A stretch of 64,000 nt of DNA from an uncultured Candidatus Saccharibacteria bacterium (GTDB taxonomy: Bacteria > Patescibacteriota > Saccharimonadia > Saccharimonadales > 2-12-FULL-41-12), in assembly GCA_947085855.1 (NCBI GenBank), contig CAMTYB010000002.1, forward strand, positions 87,278 to 151,277. Direction: 5' to 3'. This document shows positions 17,224 to 27,716 of the stretch, in pieces (positions within the stretch are counted from its first letter, which is position 1; each line of letters opens with the position of its first letter). The notes under the pieces are model-generated. The model ran no database searches and was not told the DNA's origin. It worked only from the letters and a program-made list of their open reading frames with translations. A program made the position numbers and the translations under genes.

Positions 17224-17754
17224 ATGCCTGATTTTAACAAAGTAGTCACTCCTGGCGATGTAGCTGGTGGCGAAATCAATACCGTAATTGAAATACCCCA
17301 GGGCTCAAGCCTCAAAATTGAATGGAACCGAGAATTGGCATGTTTTGAGCTTGATAGAGTAGAGCCAGAAATCTTTGCTAAGCCATGTAGCTACGGCTTT
17401 ATTCCGGCCACGCTTGATGAAGATGGTGATGAACTCGATACCTTAGTTGTGTCGCATGAACCGCTTCCAACCGGCTTACTGCTCAAGGCTCGTGTTGTCG
17501 GCATTCTGATATTTATTGATGACGGTGAGGCTGACCACAAGGTTGTCTGTGTGCCGGCTGATGACCGCAACAGTAAAGATTCTATCAAGAGCCTGGAAGA
17601 CTTGGGTGAGGGCTGGAAGCAGCAGATCGAGCACCACTTTACACACTACAAAGACCTCAAAAAACCAGGGAGCACCGTGGTAGAAGGTTGGGGTGATGTT
17701 GAAGAAGCCAAAAAAATCATCAACGAATGTATTGAGCGCTACCAGGGCAAATAG
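17224..17754 (+). CDS. ppa: Inorganic pyrophosphatase (family I)
   Basis: 176 aa. VIEIPQGSSLKIEW, YGFIPATLDEDGDELDTLV and the DHKVVCVPADD motif are typical of soluble PPase. Confidence 0.93.
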   Translation: MPDFNKVVTPGDVAGGEINTVIEIPQGSSLKIEWNRELACFELDRVEPEIFAKPCSYGFIPATLDEDGDELDTLVVSHEPLPTGLLLKARVVGILIFIDDGEADHKVVCVPADDRNSKDSIKSLEDLGEGWKQQIEHHFTHYKDLKKPGSTVVEGWGDVEEAKKIINECIERYQGK

Positions 17755-17818
17755 TTGAAACTGCTTACGTTTATTGCCATACTAAAGGCAAGCAAGACGT
17801 AAACAGGAACGAGCAGAC

Positions 17819-18835
17819 ATGAAAACACGGGTGGCAATTAATGGTTTTGGCCGAATTGGTCGAGTCTCATTTCGCGCTGCATTTGATCGCAGCGATCTAG
17901 AAATCGTCGGTATTAACGACTTAACCGACACGAAAACTCTAGCCCATTTGCTCAAACATGACAGTAACTACGGAGTGTATGATCAAGAGGTTACCTTTGA
18001 TGAACATCACCTGATTGTCGGTGGTCAGAAGATTCCGGTTTCGGCCGAAAAAGATCCAGCCGCTTTGCCCTGGAAAGATCTCAAAGTTGATGTTGTCATT
18101 GAATCAACTGGTCGTTTTACTAAGTATGAAGATGCCAAACTCCACCTTGCAGCCGGTGCCAAGAAAGTTGTTTTGTCTGGTCCAACCAAAAGTCCAGAAA
18201 TTAAGACCATTGTTATTGGTGCTAACGAGGATGCCTTAAAGGATGCCGGTGATATCGTCAGCAACGCCAGTTGTACGACCAACAGTGCAGCCGCCGTCAT
18301 GGATATACTCGAAGAGAATTTTGGAGTCGCCAAGGCTATGCTGACCACTGTCCACAGCTACACGGCCACGCAAAGCATTCAAGACGCCCCGAGCAAGGAT
18401 TTACGTGAAGCTCGTACGGCCGCTGCTAATATCGTGCCAACCAGTACAGGTGCTGCTATCGCAGTAGCACTGACCGTGCCAAGTCTGCAGGGCAAGTTTG
18501 ATGGCCTTAGTATTCGCGTGCCAACGCCAATCGTTTCGCTGAGCGATATTACACTTGTAACCAAGCGTGGTACTTCAGTCGAAGAAATTAATGAAGTCTT
18601 TAAAAAAGCCGCTAAAGAACCATATTACCAGGGAATCTTAGCTGTCAGCGAAGAGCCGTTGGTGAGTCGTGATTACATTGGCAACAGTCACTCCGGTATA
18701 GTCGACTTATTGCTTACCAAAGTGATAGGCGACGATCTAGTAAAGGTTGTGGTTTGGTACGACAACGAATGGGGTTACAGCAACCGCTTAGTTGAATTGG
18801 TAGCTGATCTCGGTAAACTGGTGCATGCCAGTTAA
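17819..18835 (+). CDS. gap: Glyceraldehyde-3-phosphate dehydrogenase (type I)
   Basis: INGFGRIGR NAD-binding motif, catalytic SNASCTTNS and C-terminal WYDNEWGYSNR. Confidence 0.96.
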   Translation: MKTRVAINGFGRIGRVSFRAAFDRSDLEIVGINDLTDTKTLAHLLKHDSNYGVYDQEVTFDEHHLIVGGQKIPVSAEKDPAALPWKDLKVDVVIESTGRFTKYEDAKLHLAAGAKKVVLSGPTKSPEIKTIVIGANEDALKDAGDIVSNASCTTNSAAAVMDILEENFGVAKAMLTTVHSYTATQSIQDAPSKDLREARTAAANIVPTSTGAAIAVALTVPSLQGKFDGLSIRVPTPIVSLSDITLVTKRGTSVEEINEVFKKAAKEPYYQGILAVSEEPLVSRDYIGNSHSGIVDLLLTKVIGDDLVKVVVWYDNEWGYSNRLVELVADLGKLVHAS

Positions 18836-18861
18836 ACGCAGTTTGCGGTATACTAGTCAGC

Positions 18862-19356
18862 ATGAAGCTTGCACTCAGTACTGACCACGCTGGTTTTGAA
18901 CGACTCCACAATCTAAAAAAGTTTCTTGAATCACTCGGGCACGAGTGCATTTATTTTGGACCAGAAAGCTTCAATCCAGAAGATGATTACCCAGATTTTA
19001 TAAGCCCAGCTGCTCAAGCAGTTGCCAGTGGTGAATGCCAAGCCGGCATTATTTTTGGCGGTAGTGGCGAAGGTGAAGCCATGGCTGCTAACCGTGTGGC
19101 TGGTGTGCGGTGCACCGTCTATTACGGACCTGCTCAAGCAGTTGAAGCTCTTGAAGTTGAAGGTACTGTTTCGCATGATGATTTTGAGATTTTGCGCCTC
19201 AGCCGCGAACATAATGACGCTAATATGCTGAGCTTAGCCGGCAGATTCCTTACGAAAGAAGCAGTCGAACAAGCCGTGTCTCTGTGGTTGTCTACGCCTT
19301 TTAGCCAAAAAGAGCGCCATCAACGTCGCATCGCCAAACTAGACGGCCAGTCGTAG
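18862..19356 (+). CDS. rpiB: Ribose-5-phosphate isomerase B (RpiB/LacA/LacB family)
   Basis: 164 aa. MKLALSTDHAGF...GIIFGGSGEGEAMAANRVAGVRC matches the RpiB fold signature. Confidence 0.85.
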   Translation: MKLALSTDHAGFERLHNLKKFLESLGHECIYFGPESFNPEDDYPDFISPAAQAVASGECQAGIIFGGSGEGEAMAANRVAGVRCTVYYGPAQAVEALEVEGTVSHDDFEILRLSREHNDANMLSLAGRFLTKEAVEQAVSLWLSTPFSQKERHQRRIAKLDGQS

Positions 19357-19365
19357 CAGGAGATT

Positions 19366-19998
19366 ATGGTGGGTGCAGTTGTTTGTCCAACCGTTACAGC
19401 AACCAGTCTGGCTGATTACCAGGTGCAGATTAAGCGCCTCGCGCCGTTTGCCAAACGAGTGCATATAGACCTCATGGACGGCGAGTTTGCGCCGACGGTG
19501 TCGCCTGATCTTAAAGACATCTGGTGGCCGCCCCACTTCATGGTAGATATCCACATTATGTATCAGCGCCCAATGGAGCACCTTAACGACTTGGTTCGTC
19601 TGCAGCCGAACATGGTTGTTTTTCATGCCGAAGCCATCTTGCAGCACATGCATATGGCAGCTGAACTGCACAAAGAGGGCATTAAGGTTGGCCTAGCACT
19701 TTTGCCAGAAACCACGATTGCTCGTATCGAAAAAATACTACACAGTTTTGATCACCTCTTAATTTTTAGTGGTGACCTTGGCCATTTTGGTGGCCATGCC
19801 GATCTGAGTCTGCTTTCTAAAATTACAGAAGCCAAAGCTCACCATCCAGATTTAGAAATTGGTTGGGACGGCGGCATACATGCCGAAAATGTACGTCTGC
19901 TGGTTGAAGGCGGGGTAGATGTCTTGAACGTCGGTGGCTTTATTCAGAAGGCCGATGATCCACAGACTGCCTATCAACAGCTTGCCGATCTGTTATAA
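19366..19998 (+). CDS. rpe: Ribulose-phosphate 3-epimerase-like TIM-barrel protein (divergent)
   Basis: 210 aa. HIDLMDGEFAP (compare HxDVMDGHFVP) and the C-terminal GGI...VEGGVDVLNVGGFI phosphate-binding region. Sits in a pentose-phosphate gene run. Confidence 0.7.
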   Translation: MVGAVVCPTVTATSLADYQVQIKRLAPFAKRVHIDLMDGEFAPTVSPDLKDIWWPPHFMVDIHIMYQRPMEHLNDLVRLQPNMVVFHAEAILQHMHMAAELHKEGIKVGLALLPETTIARIEKILHSFDHLLIFSGDLGHFGGHADLSLLSKITEAKAHHPDLEIGWDGGIHAENVRLLVEGGVDVLNVGGFIQKADDPQTAYQQLADLL

Positions 19999-20009
19999 TC
20001 GTAAGCATA

Positions 20010-20867
20010 ATGACAAAAACGCTGAGCATACCTGAGCTAGAAGAGACTGCTAACGAAATCCGCAAAAGCATCATCAAGATGCTAGAAAAGGCGGGGAGTG
20101 GTCACAGCGCTGGTCCATTGGGCTTGGCCGACATATTCACAGCCTTATATTTTGATGTTCTTAAACACGATCCTAAAAAGCCCGACTGGGAAGAGCGCGA
20201 TATTCTGTTGCTTAGCAATGGCCATACGGTGCCAGTACGCTATGCGGCCATGGCGCACGCCGGCTACTTTCCAAAAGATGAGCTCATGACCTTGCGTCAG
20301 CTCGGCTCGCGCTTGCAGGGCCATCCGGAGCGCACTAAGTTGCCAGGCTTAGAAAATACGAGCGGTCCGCTGGGCTGCGGTTTGAGTCAAGCAGCCGGTA
20401 TGTCCCTCGCAATGCGCATGAATAAAGACATGCAGCGTTGGATTTACGTAGTCCTGGGCGATGGTGAACTCGACGAAGGCAATATCTGGGAAGCTGCCAT
20501 GCTGGCCAGCAAATACAAACTCAGCAATATTATTGGCATTATTGATCGCAATAACATTCAGATTGACGGCCCGACTGAAACGGTCATGCCGCTGGAAGAC
20601 TTAGCTGCTAAGTGGGAAGCTTTTGGCTGGCATGTGCTAGAAGTTGACGGCAACAACATCGAAGCTGTCATTGATACGTGTGCTCTGGCTCGCGCTATTG
20701 TCGATAAGCCAGTCATGATCATTGCGCGCACCATACCGGGCAAAGGCGTTGGCTTTATGGAATATGACTATCACTGGCATGGCGCGCCACCTAATCACGA
20801 ACAAGCTAAACAGGCGCTCCATGATCTACGGACTCTCAAAGGCAAGATTCGGGGTGAACATGAGTGA
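20010..20867 (+). CDS. Transketolase, N-terminal (TPP-binding) subunit
   Basis: 285 aa. GSGHSAGPLGLADI, SNGHTVP and GDGELDEGNIWEA TPP-binding motifs. Split-gene arrangement with the next ORF. Confidence 0.93.
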   Translation: MTKTLSIPELEETANEIRKSIIKMLEKAGSGHSAGPLGLADIFTALYFDVLKHDPKKPDWEERDILLLSNGHTVPVRYAAMAHAGYFPKDELMTLRQLGSRLQGHPERTKLPGLENTSGPLGCGLSQAAGMSLAMRMNKDMQRWIYVVLGDGELDEGNIWEAAMLASKYKLSNIIGIIDRNNIQIDGPTETVMPLEDLAAKWEAFGWHVLEVDGNNIEAVIDTCALARAIVDKPVMIIARTIPGKGVGFMEYDYHWHGAPPNHEQAKQALHDLRTLKGKIRGEHE

Positions 20868-21837
20868 TCTACACTTACTTGAAAATATTTGGGGCAAAGA
20901 TGTTGCCAGTGAACCAATTCGAAAAGGCTTTGGTAAAGGTTTACTGCAAGCCGGAAAAGATGATGAAAATGTAGTAGCGGCTTGCGCCGACTTGACCGGC
21001 AGTACGCAGATGAATCTGTTCGCCGAAGAATTTCCTGAGCGTTTTGTGCAGATTGGCGTCGCAGAGCAAAATTTGGTTACGGTCGGCTCCGGTCTGGCAG
21101 CTATGGGTAAGATTCCATTTGTCAGTAGCTACGCGGCTTTTAGTCCCGGACGTAACTGGGAGCAGATTCGGACGACGATTTGTCTAAACGATCAGCCTGT
21201 TAAAATTGTTGGCTCTCATGCAGGGATTAGCGTCGGGCCAGATGGCGCAACGCACCAGATGCTGGAAGATATTGCGCTGATGCGGGTGCTGCCCAACATG
21301 GTAGTGATCGTTCCGGGAGATAGCGTTGAAGCAGAGAAAGCAACTCGGGCACTTGCTAAAGATAAGCGTCCTGCTTATCTGCGTTTAGCTCGCGAAGCGA
21401 CACCAATTGTCACTACTCAAGATACACCGTTTGAAATTGGCAAGGCGTACGTTTATGCGCCAGGCAACGACATTACTATCGTAGCCACCGGAACTATGAC
21501 CTATCAGGCTATGGTTGCGGCCCATAAACTATACGTACAAGGCATCGATGCCGAAGTCATTCATGTGCCGACAATTAAGCCGCTCGATGAAACGACTATT
21601 CTGGCGAGTGCTCGCAAAACCAAGCATGTCATAACCGTCGAAGAAGCCCAGATTAACGGTGGTCTTGGTGGCGCTGTGGCTGAGTTATTGTCAGAAAAAG
21701 AACCGGTCCGCTTGAAACGTATGGGCATGGAAGATCACTTTGGTGAATCTGGTGCGCCAGATGAGTTACTTGAAAAATTTGGTTTGACCGCCAAGCATAT
21801 TATGCTCGTGGCTCATCAGATGGTTGGTCATAAATAA
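20860..21837 (+). CDS. Transketolase, C-terminal (pyrimidine-binding) subunit
   Basis: Start at ATG 20860 overlaps the upstream stop (ATGAGTGA). RFVQIGVAEQNLV, HAGISVGPDGATHQ and the C-terminal transketolase domain are present. The track's start at 20722 is an out-of-context extension. Confidence 0.93.
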   Translation: MSDLHLLENIWGKDVASEPIRKGFGKGLLQAGKDDENVVAACADLTGSTQMNLFAEEFPERFVQIGVAEQNLVTVGSGLAAMGKIPFVSSYAAFSPGRNWEQIRTTICLNDQPVKIVGSHAGISVGPDGATHQMLEDIALMRVLPNMVVIVPGDSVEAEKATRALAKDKRPAYLRLAREATPIVTTQDTPFEIGKAYVYAPGNDITIVATGTMTYQAMVAAHKLYVQGIDAEVIHVPTIKPLDETTILASARKTKHVITVEEAQINGGLGGAVAELLSEKEPVRLKRMGMEDHFGESGAPDELLEKFGLTAKHIMLVAHQMVGHK

Positions 21838-21861
21838 ACTGATTATTGTATACTGCACTAT

Positions 21862-22776
21862 ATGCCGCTAACGCTTAAACAAATACGAGAAAATACCACC
21901 GCCGCCCGTGCTCTGATGGCTAAAGCCCGCGCTGAAGGCTTTGCCGTCGGCGCCTTCAACCTTGATAATCAGGACATCCTCAAGGCGGTTGTACGGGCCG
22001 CTGTCGCTAAACAGTCGCCGTTATTAGTAGAAGTCAGCCACGGTGAGGTCACTGCACTTGGTATCGACAACATTCGTGACATGGTCGATAACTACAAAGA
22101 AGAGCTTGGCATTGAAATTTATATCAACCTCGACCACAGCCCAAGCGTGGAGGATGCCAAGGCTGGCATTGAGGCTGGCTATGAATTTATCCATATTGAT
22201 GTCTCTCAGGCTAAACATGATGCCACAGAAGAAGAAATTATCGCTGCCACCAAAGAAGTGGTTGAGTATGCCCAGCTAACCGGTGCTTTAGTAGAAAGTG
22301 AGCCTCATTACTTCGGCGGTGGCTCAGCACTCTTTAAAGAGGCCTTTGATTACAATGAAATCAAGAAGACCTTTAGTACGCCAGAAGGCGCTCAACACTT
22401 TGTTGAGGCGACCGGAATCGACACCTTTGCGGCAGCCATTGGCAATTTGCACGGGTCATACCCAGTGCCTAAAGTGCTCGACCTGGAGCTACTGGAGCGT
22501 ATTCGAGAAGTTATTAACTGTAATATTAGCCTGCATGGCGGTAGCGGTACGCCGCTGCACTATTTCGAAAAAGCGGCCAAAATTGGCGTTACTAAAATTA
22601 ACATCAATTCTGATATACGGCTGGCTTACCGCAATACCCTCTTTAAAGTACTCCAAGAGCATCCAGACGAAATCGCTGTTCTCAAACTGACAGATGAAGT
22701 GATAGCTGCCGTCCAAGAAGTCGTCGAATCCAAAATCGATGCCTTCGGCAGCGCCCGCAAAATTACAACGAACTAG
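21862..22776 (+). CDS. fba: Class II fructose-bisphosphate aldolase
   Basis: 304 aa. FNLDNQD, LDHS, LHGGSGTP and INSD motifs of class II (metal-dependent) aldolases. Confidence 0.9.
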   Translation: MPLTLKQIRENTTAARALMAKARAEGFAVGAFNLDNQDILKAVVRAAVAKQSPLLVEVSHGEVTALGIDNIRDMVDNYKEELGIEIYINLDHSPSVEDAKAGIEAGYEFIHIDVSQAKHDATEEEIIAATKEVVEYAQLTGALVESEPHYFGGGSALFKEAFDYNEIKKTFSTPEGAQHFVEATGIDTFAAAIGNLHGSYPVPKVLDLELLERIREVINCNISLHGGSGTPLHYFEKAAKIGVTKININSDIRLAYRNTLFKVLQEHPDEIAVLKLTDEVIAAVQEVVESKIDAFGSARKITTN

Positions 22777-22902
22777 GTGTAGCTTGCGGCCAGGCCGTAT
22801 CGGCACCGTGAGCGTACCAATTCCATTTGCATATTGCTTGCGCTTCGGTTTTTTGGCACAATGTGAACTAGATATAAGCATAAACAGCTAAAAGGTGGGT
22901 TG

Positions 22903-23901
22903 ATGAGCCAAATTGATGTGCTGAGCGTAGGTGATGTAGTTACTGATGCCTTTATTAAGTTACTCGATGACCGAGCAGGTGTACAAGAGACCGAACAAGG
23001 GCCGATACTGTCTATGCCATTCGGTATGAAAGTGCCATATGACCATGCTGAAATTTTGCCAGCAGTCGGGAATGCTCCAAATGCAGCCGTAAATTTTGCT
23101 AAACTTGGCTTCAATAGCGGCCTCGTCTCTAATGTTGGTCACGATGCAGCCGGCCGCGAAATTATCCATACGCTCGAAAAAGCTGATGTTGAGACGCACC
23201 TCGTCCGCATAAATAGCCGCAAGGTAAGCAACTATCATTATGTTTTATGGTACAAAAATGAGCGAACTATCCTGATACGTCATGAAGAGTATGATTATCA
23301 CTGGCCGCACCTCAAGCCAAAAGAAATACCAAAATGGATTTACTTTAGTTCAATCAGCAAGCATGCACTCGATTTTCATGATGACCTTGTTGAATGGCTC
23401 GAGAAGCACCCTGAGGTTAAATTAGCGTTCCAGCCCGGCACATTTCAGATGGAAGCTGGCGTCAAACGGATGAAGCATGTGTACGCACGATCAGAGGTAG
23501 TGGCGGTTAATCGTGAAGAAGCAGCTCTGATTACTGGTGGCAACCACGACGACATCCATGAGCTACTCGATAAAGTACATGAACTGGGTCCAAAAGTTGT
23601 CTTAATCAGCGATGGGCCTAAGGGTAGTTACGCGTGTGATGGTGAGCGTCGCTTCAAGATGCCTATCTATCCCGATCCAGGGCCGCCTGTAGAACGGACT
23701 GGAGCTGGCGATGCCTTCACTTCGACATTTGTGGCTGCCATCATGAAGGGCAACACGGTAGATGGTGCCTTGCAGTGGGCGCCAATTAGCTCAATGAATG
23801 TGGTGCAGCATGTTGGTGCCCAGGCTGGCTTACTAACTGAACGCGAGCTCGCCAACTTACTTCAAAAAGCACCTGAATGGTACAAGCCGGAGCGGCTGTA
23901 A
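22903..23901 (+). CDS. PfkB-family carbohydrate kinase
   Basis: About 332 aa with the ribokinase-fold signature TGAGDAFTSTFVAA and an N-terminal GD..TD motif. AAGGTGG SD precedes ATG 22903. Substrate not assignable from sequence. Confidence 0.8.
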   Translation: MSQIDVLSVGDVVTDAFIKLLDDRAGVQETEQGPILSMPFGMKVPYDHAEILPAVGNAPNAAVNFAKLGFNSGLVSNVGHDAAGREIIHTLEKADVETHLVRINSRKVSNYHYVLWYKNERTILIRHEEYDYHWPHLKPKEIPKWIYFSSISKHALDFHDDLVEWLEKHPEVKLAFQPGTFQMEAGVKRMKHVYARSEVVAVNREEAALITGGNHDDIHELLDKVHELGPKVVLISDGPKGSYACDGERRFKMPIYPDPGPPVERTGAGDAFTSTFVAAIMKGNTVDGALQWAPISSMNVVQHVGAQAGLLTERELANLLQKAPEWYKPERL

Positions 23902-23922
23902 ACTGAGTCACCAACGCCTGTT

Positions 23923-25149
23923 ATGAGTCGACTAATATCTGACATTCTGCAAAGTCCAGAACCTGACTTTAGTCATGAGCTACAAGACTGGGAGAATATG
24001 ACCGGCCGCACGGGACGTGATCTGCAGCTTATTTCTGATATTGCAGTTGCCCGCAAGCAAACCTTGAGCAAGCTTGGTTTAGATGAAAATGACACTACTG
24101 CTAAAGAATTGTTTTATGCCTTACGCCACCGCGCTCAAGACACAAACAGCCATTTTGAGGACTTTCTGGACGTGGACTACACCGTTACGCCAGAAGAGTT
24201 AATGCAAAAGATTATTACATTTATCAACGGCTTAGGTATTGCTCGTGATGTTTGGGTGGTAAAACATGCTGCCGTAAAGGAACTGTTGCGTGCCCAGCCA
24301 CCTAAGAAGCTGTTACGCATTCTTGGTTTGCGATCAGTCGACTCTGTGTTGAAGCGCTCAAACGCCTGCGAATTGCTTTCACTTGCTTTTGAAGTTGAGT
24401 CGGCCGAATGGACCAACCGCTTCCAGAAAAAATATAAATTATTCAAGCCGGCCGATTTTCAAGCCGGCAAGAGCAACCTGTACTTAGTTGAAGCGGCCAA
24501 GGCCAAGAAATTGTATGCTGGTGGTTACGAGCGTACGAAACTCATAATCCCCAACTACGAAACTGCTACCATTCTACTGTTCCCACCACACAAACGATTC
24601 CCGCAAGATACATTGGTTTTGACGCTGGCTATCTTGCAAGCCCTCTATGACGTTAGGGTCTATAGCGCCTATTTCCGTTTTATTAGCGTTCGGCCCAACT
24701 TTGGACCAGCCTTTTCAAAAGTAATGCAAGCTGGCTTGCCAGGCGGACTATACGAAAACAAAATCGGCTGGCGTGTTCTTCAGCGGCATTTTAGCCGTCA
24801 GCCACAATCGTTTGAAAACATCGAGCAACCGCACTTTCAATATGACGACGTTGTACTGGAGCACCCGCTCCAGACACTTCACGGCGTGTTACCGGACATG
24901 AATTTTTGGGTTGATATACCGCACGTCTTTGTTGACGATGAGAGTGGTAGACCAGTTTCATTCCACCTAATGGATGTATTACTGAATGCCAGCAACAAGA
25001 TACCGTACGAAGACAGTCGTCATCATAGTCTCCGGGGCACACTTTGGGAAGAGTTGGCGCTTCGCTATCTACAGCACGAAACGCTGGAGGCGGCTGTGAT
25101 CACCAACATGGAACAAGAAGACACTGCTAAGCAACGGGCGCGAACCTAG
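23923..25149 (+). CDS. Hypothetical protein (408 aa)
   Basis: Clean soluble ORF with no recognised motif. Its stop is 1 nt from the start of the next gene. Confidence 0.55.
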   Translation: MSRLISDILQSPEPDFSHELQDWENMTGRTGRDLQLISDIAVARKQTLSKLGLDENDTTAKELFYALRHRAQDTNSHFEDFLDVDYTVTPEELMQKIITFINGLGIARDVWVVKHAAVKELLRAQPPKKLLRILGLRSVDSVLKRSNACELLSLAFEVESAEWTNRFQKKYKLFKPADFQAGKSNLYLVEAAKAKKLYAGGYERTKLIIPNYETATILLFPPHKRFPQDTLVLTLAILQALYDVRVYSAYFRFISVRPNFGPAFSKVMQAGLPGGLYENKIGWRVLQRHFSRQPQSFENIEQPHFQYDDVVLEHPLQTLHGVLPDMNFWVDIPHVFVDDESGRPVSFHLMDVLLNASNKIPYEDSRHHSLRGTLWEELALRYLQHETLEAAVITNMEQEDTAKQRART

Positions 25150-25150
25150 T

Positions 25151-25714
25151 ATGTTTCAATTTTGCGTATCCGGTGCTACTAAGGGCGACAGTTATGACGA
25201 AGGCAAAGAGTTAGCCTGGTCGGCCGGCGAAGCAATTGCTGAAGCCGGTCACTCATTAATCACCGGAGCAACCGTGGGTCTGCCCAACATGGCAGCCGAA
25301 GGTTATAAACACGCTGGCGGAGGCTGTAGTTTAGGTGTTAGTCCTGCTACTAGTAAAATTGAGCACGTCCGTAAATATCGATTGCCTACCAAAGCGTATG
25401 ACGTCATCTTGTACTCCGGACTTCATTATGTAGGCCGAGATGCCTTACTCATTAACTCCTGCGATGCTGTTATTAGTGTTGGTGGTCGCATGGGGACGCT
25501 ACACGAATTCACGATTGCCGTAGAAACTGGTACGCCAATTGGAATTTTGCAAGGAGCAGGTGGCGTAAGCAACGAAATTATGGATTTATTGCATGCAGCT
25601 GGTGGCACATACGGCGATTTTGTAGTCTTTAGTGATGACCCAAAGGATCTGCTGCAGCAGCTGACCGGACTACTCAATACCAAGTACAAAGGCTACCTCT
25701 CGCTCTACGACTAG
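25151..25714 (+). CDS. TIGR00725 / LOG-like Rossmann-fold nucleotide-binding protein
   Basis: 187 aa. SGATKGD...[17 protein letters not shown]...[15 protein letters not shown] resembles the TIGR00725 (lysine-decarboxylase-like/LOG superfamily) pattern. Confidence 0.65.
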   Translation: MFQFCVSGATKGDSYDEGKELAWSAGEAIAEAGHSLITGATVGLPNMAAEGYKHAGGGCSLGVSPATSKIEHVRKYRLPTKAYDVILYSGLHYVGRDALLINSCDAVISVGGRMGTLHEFTIAVETGTPIGILQGAGGVSNEIMDLLHAAGGTYGDFVVFSDDPKDLLQQLTGLLNTKYKGYLSLYD

Positions 25715-25745
25715 CCAACTCTGCGTGCACGGCTGCTACAATAGT

Positions 25746-27710
25746 ATGGTGAGTAAATTCCGCTTAAAATCTGACTATAAGCCAACTGGAGATCAGCCAA
25801 CCGCTATTAAGACCCTTACCGCAGGTCTAAATGATGGCGTCAAAGAGCAAACACTTCTTGGCGTAACTGGATCAGGTAAGACATTTACGATGGCTAATGT
25901 TGTCCAGAATGTCCAAAAACCTACTCTTGTCATGGCTCACAACAAAACATTGGCGGCGCAGCTTTATACTGAATTTAAACAATTTTTTCCTGACAACGCT
26001 GTTCATTACTTCGTAAGTTACTTTGACTATTATCAGCCAGAAGCCTACATTGCTCGTTCGGACACCTACATTGAGAAAGACAGCCAAATTAATGAAGAGA
26101 TTGAGCGATTACGTCACGCTGCCACATCTTCTCTGTTAAGTCGACGTGATGTTTTGATTGTCGCCAGTGTCAGCTGTATTTATGGCATTGGTTCCGTCGA
26201 GGATTACGATGGTATGTCAGTCAAAGTTGAAGTGGGCGAAACTCGCCGTCGCGACAAGTTATTGCGACATTTGACCGACATTCAGTATCAGCGCAACGAT
26301 ATAGATTTTCATCGCGGTACATTTCGAGTGCGCGGTGATGTTGTCGATGTTTTTCCAGCTAGTGAAGAATATGCCTACCGAATCGAATTCTTTGGCGACG
26401 AGATTGATCGCATCACTAAAATAGATCCTTTGACTGGCGAAGTTATCAAGTCTCTCGAGAGCCTCAAAGTTTATCCAGGCAGTCACTACGTTACGCCACA
26501 GCAAAAACTTAAAGCAGCATTGGGTAAAATTCGAGATGAACTTGATGGTCGGCTACGTTTATTTAAAGCCAACGGCCAACTCCTCGAAGCGCAACGACTC
26601 GAGCAGCGTACCAGATTTGACCTAGAAATGATGGAAGAAACCGGCTTCGTGAAAGGTATCGAAAACTATAGTCGCTATCTGACAAATCGAGCTCCTGGCG
26701 AACAGCCAGCCACGCTCATGGATTATTTCCCCGATGATTACCTACTGATGATCGACGAAAGTCACATGACAGTACCGCAGATACGCGGCATGTATAACGG
26801 TGATCGAGCACGCAAAGAGGTGTTGGTAGAGCATGGGTTTCGTCTGCCGAGTGCACTGGATAATCGACCATTAACATTTCAAGAATTTGAACGTCATATT
26901 AATCAGACGATATATGTCAGCGCGACACCGGCTGAATATGAGCTGAGTCGTAGCCCAGAGCCCGTTCAGCAGGTTATTCGTCCTACGGGGCTCATTGACC
27001 CGCCTATTGAAATTAGGCCAGTTGGCGGGCAGGTAGATGACTTGATTGCTGAAATCAGGGCAACTACCAAAAAAGGCCAGCGCGTGCTGGTAACGACGCT
27101 TACCAAGCGTATGGCCGAAGATTTAACTGAATACTTAAAAGAAATTAAGATTAAGGTGACATATTTGCACAGCGAGGTTGATACACTCGAGCGAACCGAC
27201 ATCCTGCGCGATCTGCGACTGGGTATCTACGACGTGGTAGTGGGGATTAATCTCCTGCGTGAAGGTCTTGATTTACCAGAGGTAAGCCTGGTGGCAATTC
27301 TCGATGCCGACAAAGAAGGCTTCTTACGTAGTGAACAAGCCTTGATCCAGACAGTAGGACGAGCGGCTCGCCATGTCGAAGGCCATGTCATTATGTACGC
27401 CGATAAAGTTACTGGCAGTATGCAGCGAACAATTGACGAAACTGACCGTCGTCGCACAATCCAACAGGACTACAACAAAAAACACGGTATTACTCCTGCC
27501 GGTATCGCCAAAAATATCGACAAAGGCATGCGCAAGGACCTGCCAGATAGTGAAAAACCAAAGCTCGATCTCAAGAAAATTCCAAAAGATGAATACAAGC
27601 ATCTCATCCGAGACCTGACGTCTCAAATGGATATGGCTGCCAAAAATCTACAATTCGAAAAGGCTGCCGACTTACGTGATGTCATTGAGGAAATTAAGCA
27701 AAAGATGTAA
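25746..27710 (+). CDS. uvrB: Excinuclease ABC subunit B
   Basis: [27 protein letters not shown], helicase motifs and the C-terminal UVR domain (FEKAADLRD). Start uncertain among GTG 25725, ATG 25746 and GTG 25749, because a TACAAT box lies at 25737-25742. Confidence 0.95.
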   Translation: MVSKFRLKSDYKPTGDQPTAIKTLTAGLNDGVKEQTLLGVTGSGKTFTMANVVQNVQKPTLVMAHNKTLAAQLYTEFKQFFPDNAVHYFVSYFDYYQPEAYIARSDTYIEKDSQINEEIERLRHAATSSLLSRRDVLIVASVSCIYGIGSVEDYDGMSVKVEVGETRRRDKLLRHLTDIQYQRNDIDFHRGTFRVRGDVVDVFPASEEYAYRIEFFGDEIDRITKIDPLTGEVIKSLESLKVYPGSHYVTPQQKLKAALGKIRDELDGRLRLFKANGQLLEAQRLEQRTRFDLEMMEETGFVKGIENYSRYLTNRAPGEQPATLMDYFPDDYLLMIDESHMTVPQIRGMYNGDRARKEVLVEHGFRLPSALDNRPLTFQEFERHINQTIYVSATPAEYELSRSPEPVQQVIRPTGLIDPPIEIRPVGGQVDDLIAEIRATTKKGQRVLVTTLTKRMAEDLTEYLKEIKIKVTYLHSEVDTLERTDILRDLRLGIYDVVVGINLLREGLDLPEVSLVAILDADKEGFLRSEQALIQTVGRAARHVEGHVIMYADKVTGSMQRTIDETDRRRTIQQDYNKKHGITPAGIAKNIDKGMRKDLPDSEKPKLDLKKIPKDEYKHLIRDLTSQMDMAAKNLQFEKAADLRDVIEEIKQKM

Positions 27711-27716
27711 CTGTGG

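Noticed and set aside
17169-17315. 49-codon N-terminal extension of the glycerophosphodiesterase ORF.
   Set aside because: The extension overlaps the ppa coding region and promoter on the opposite strand. The conserved GDPD N-terminus (MIVIGHRG) begins at the ATG at 17168.
20722-20859. Upstream extension of the transketolase C-subunit ORF. Similar track starts occur at 28828 (gatC), 4524 (PLP enzyme), 42316 (orphan A) and 2564 (membrane protein).
   Set aside because: The extensions overlap the preceding gene or a regulatory hairpin. Better starts exist, supported by an ATGA overlap, an SD, or a -10 box at leaderless distance.
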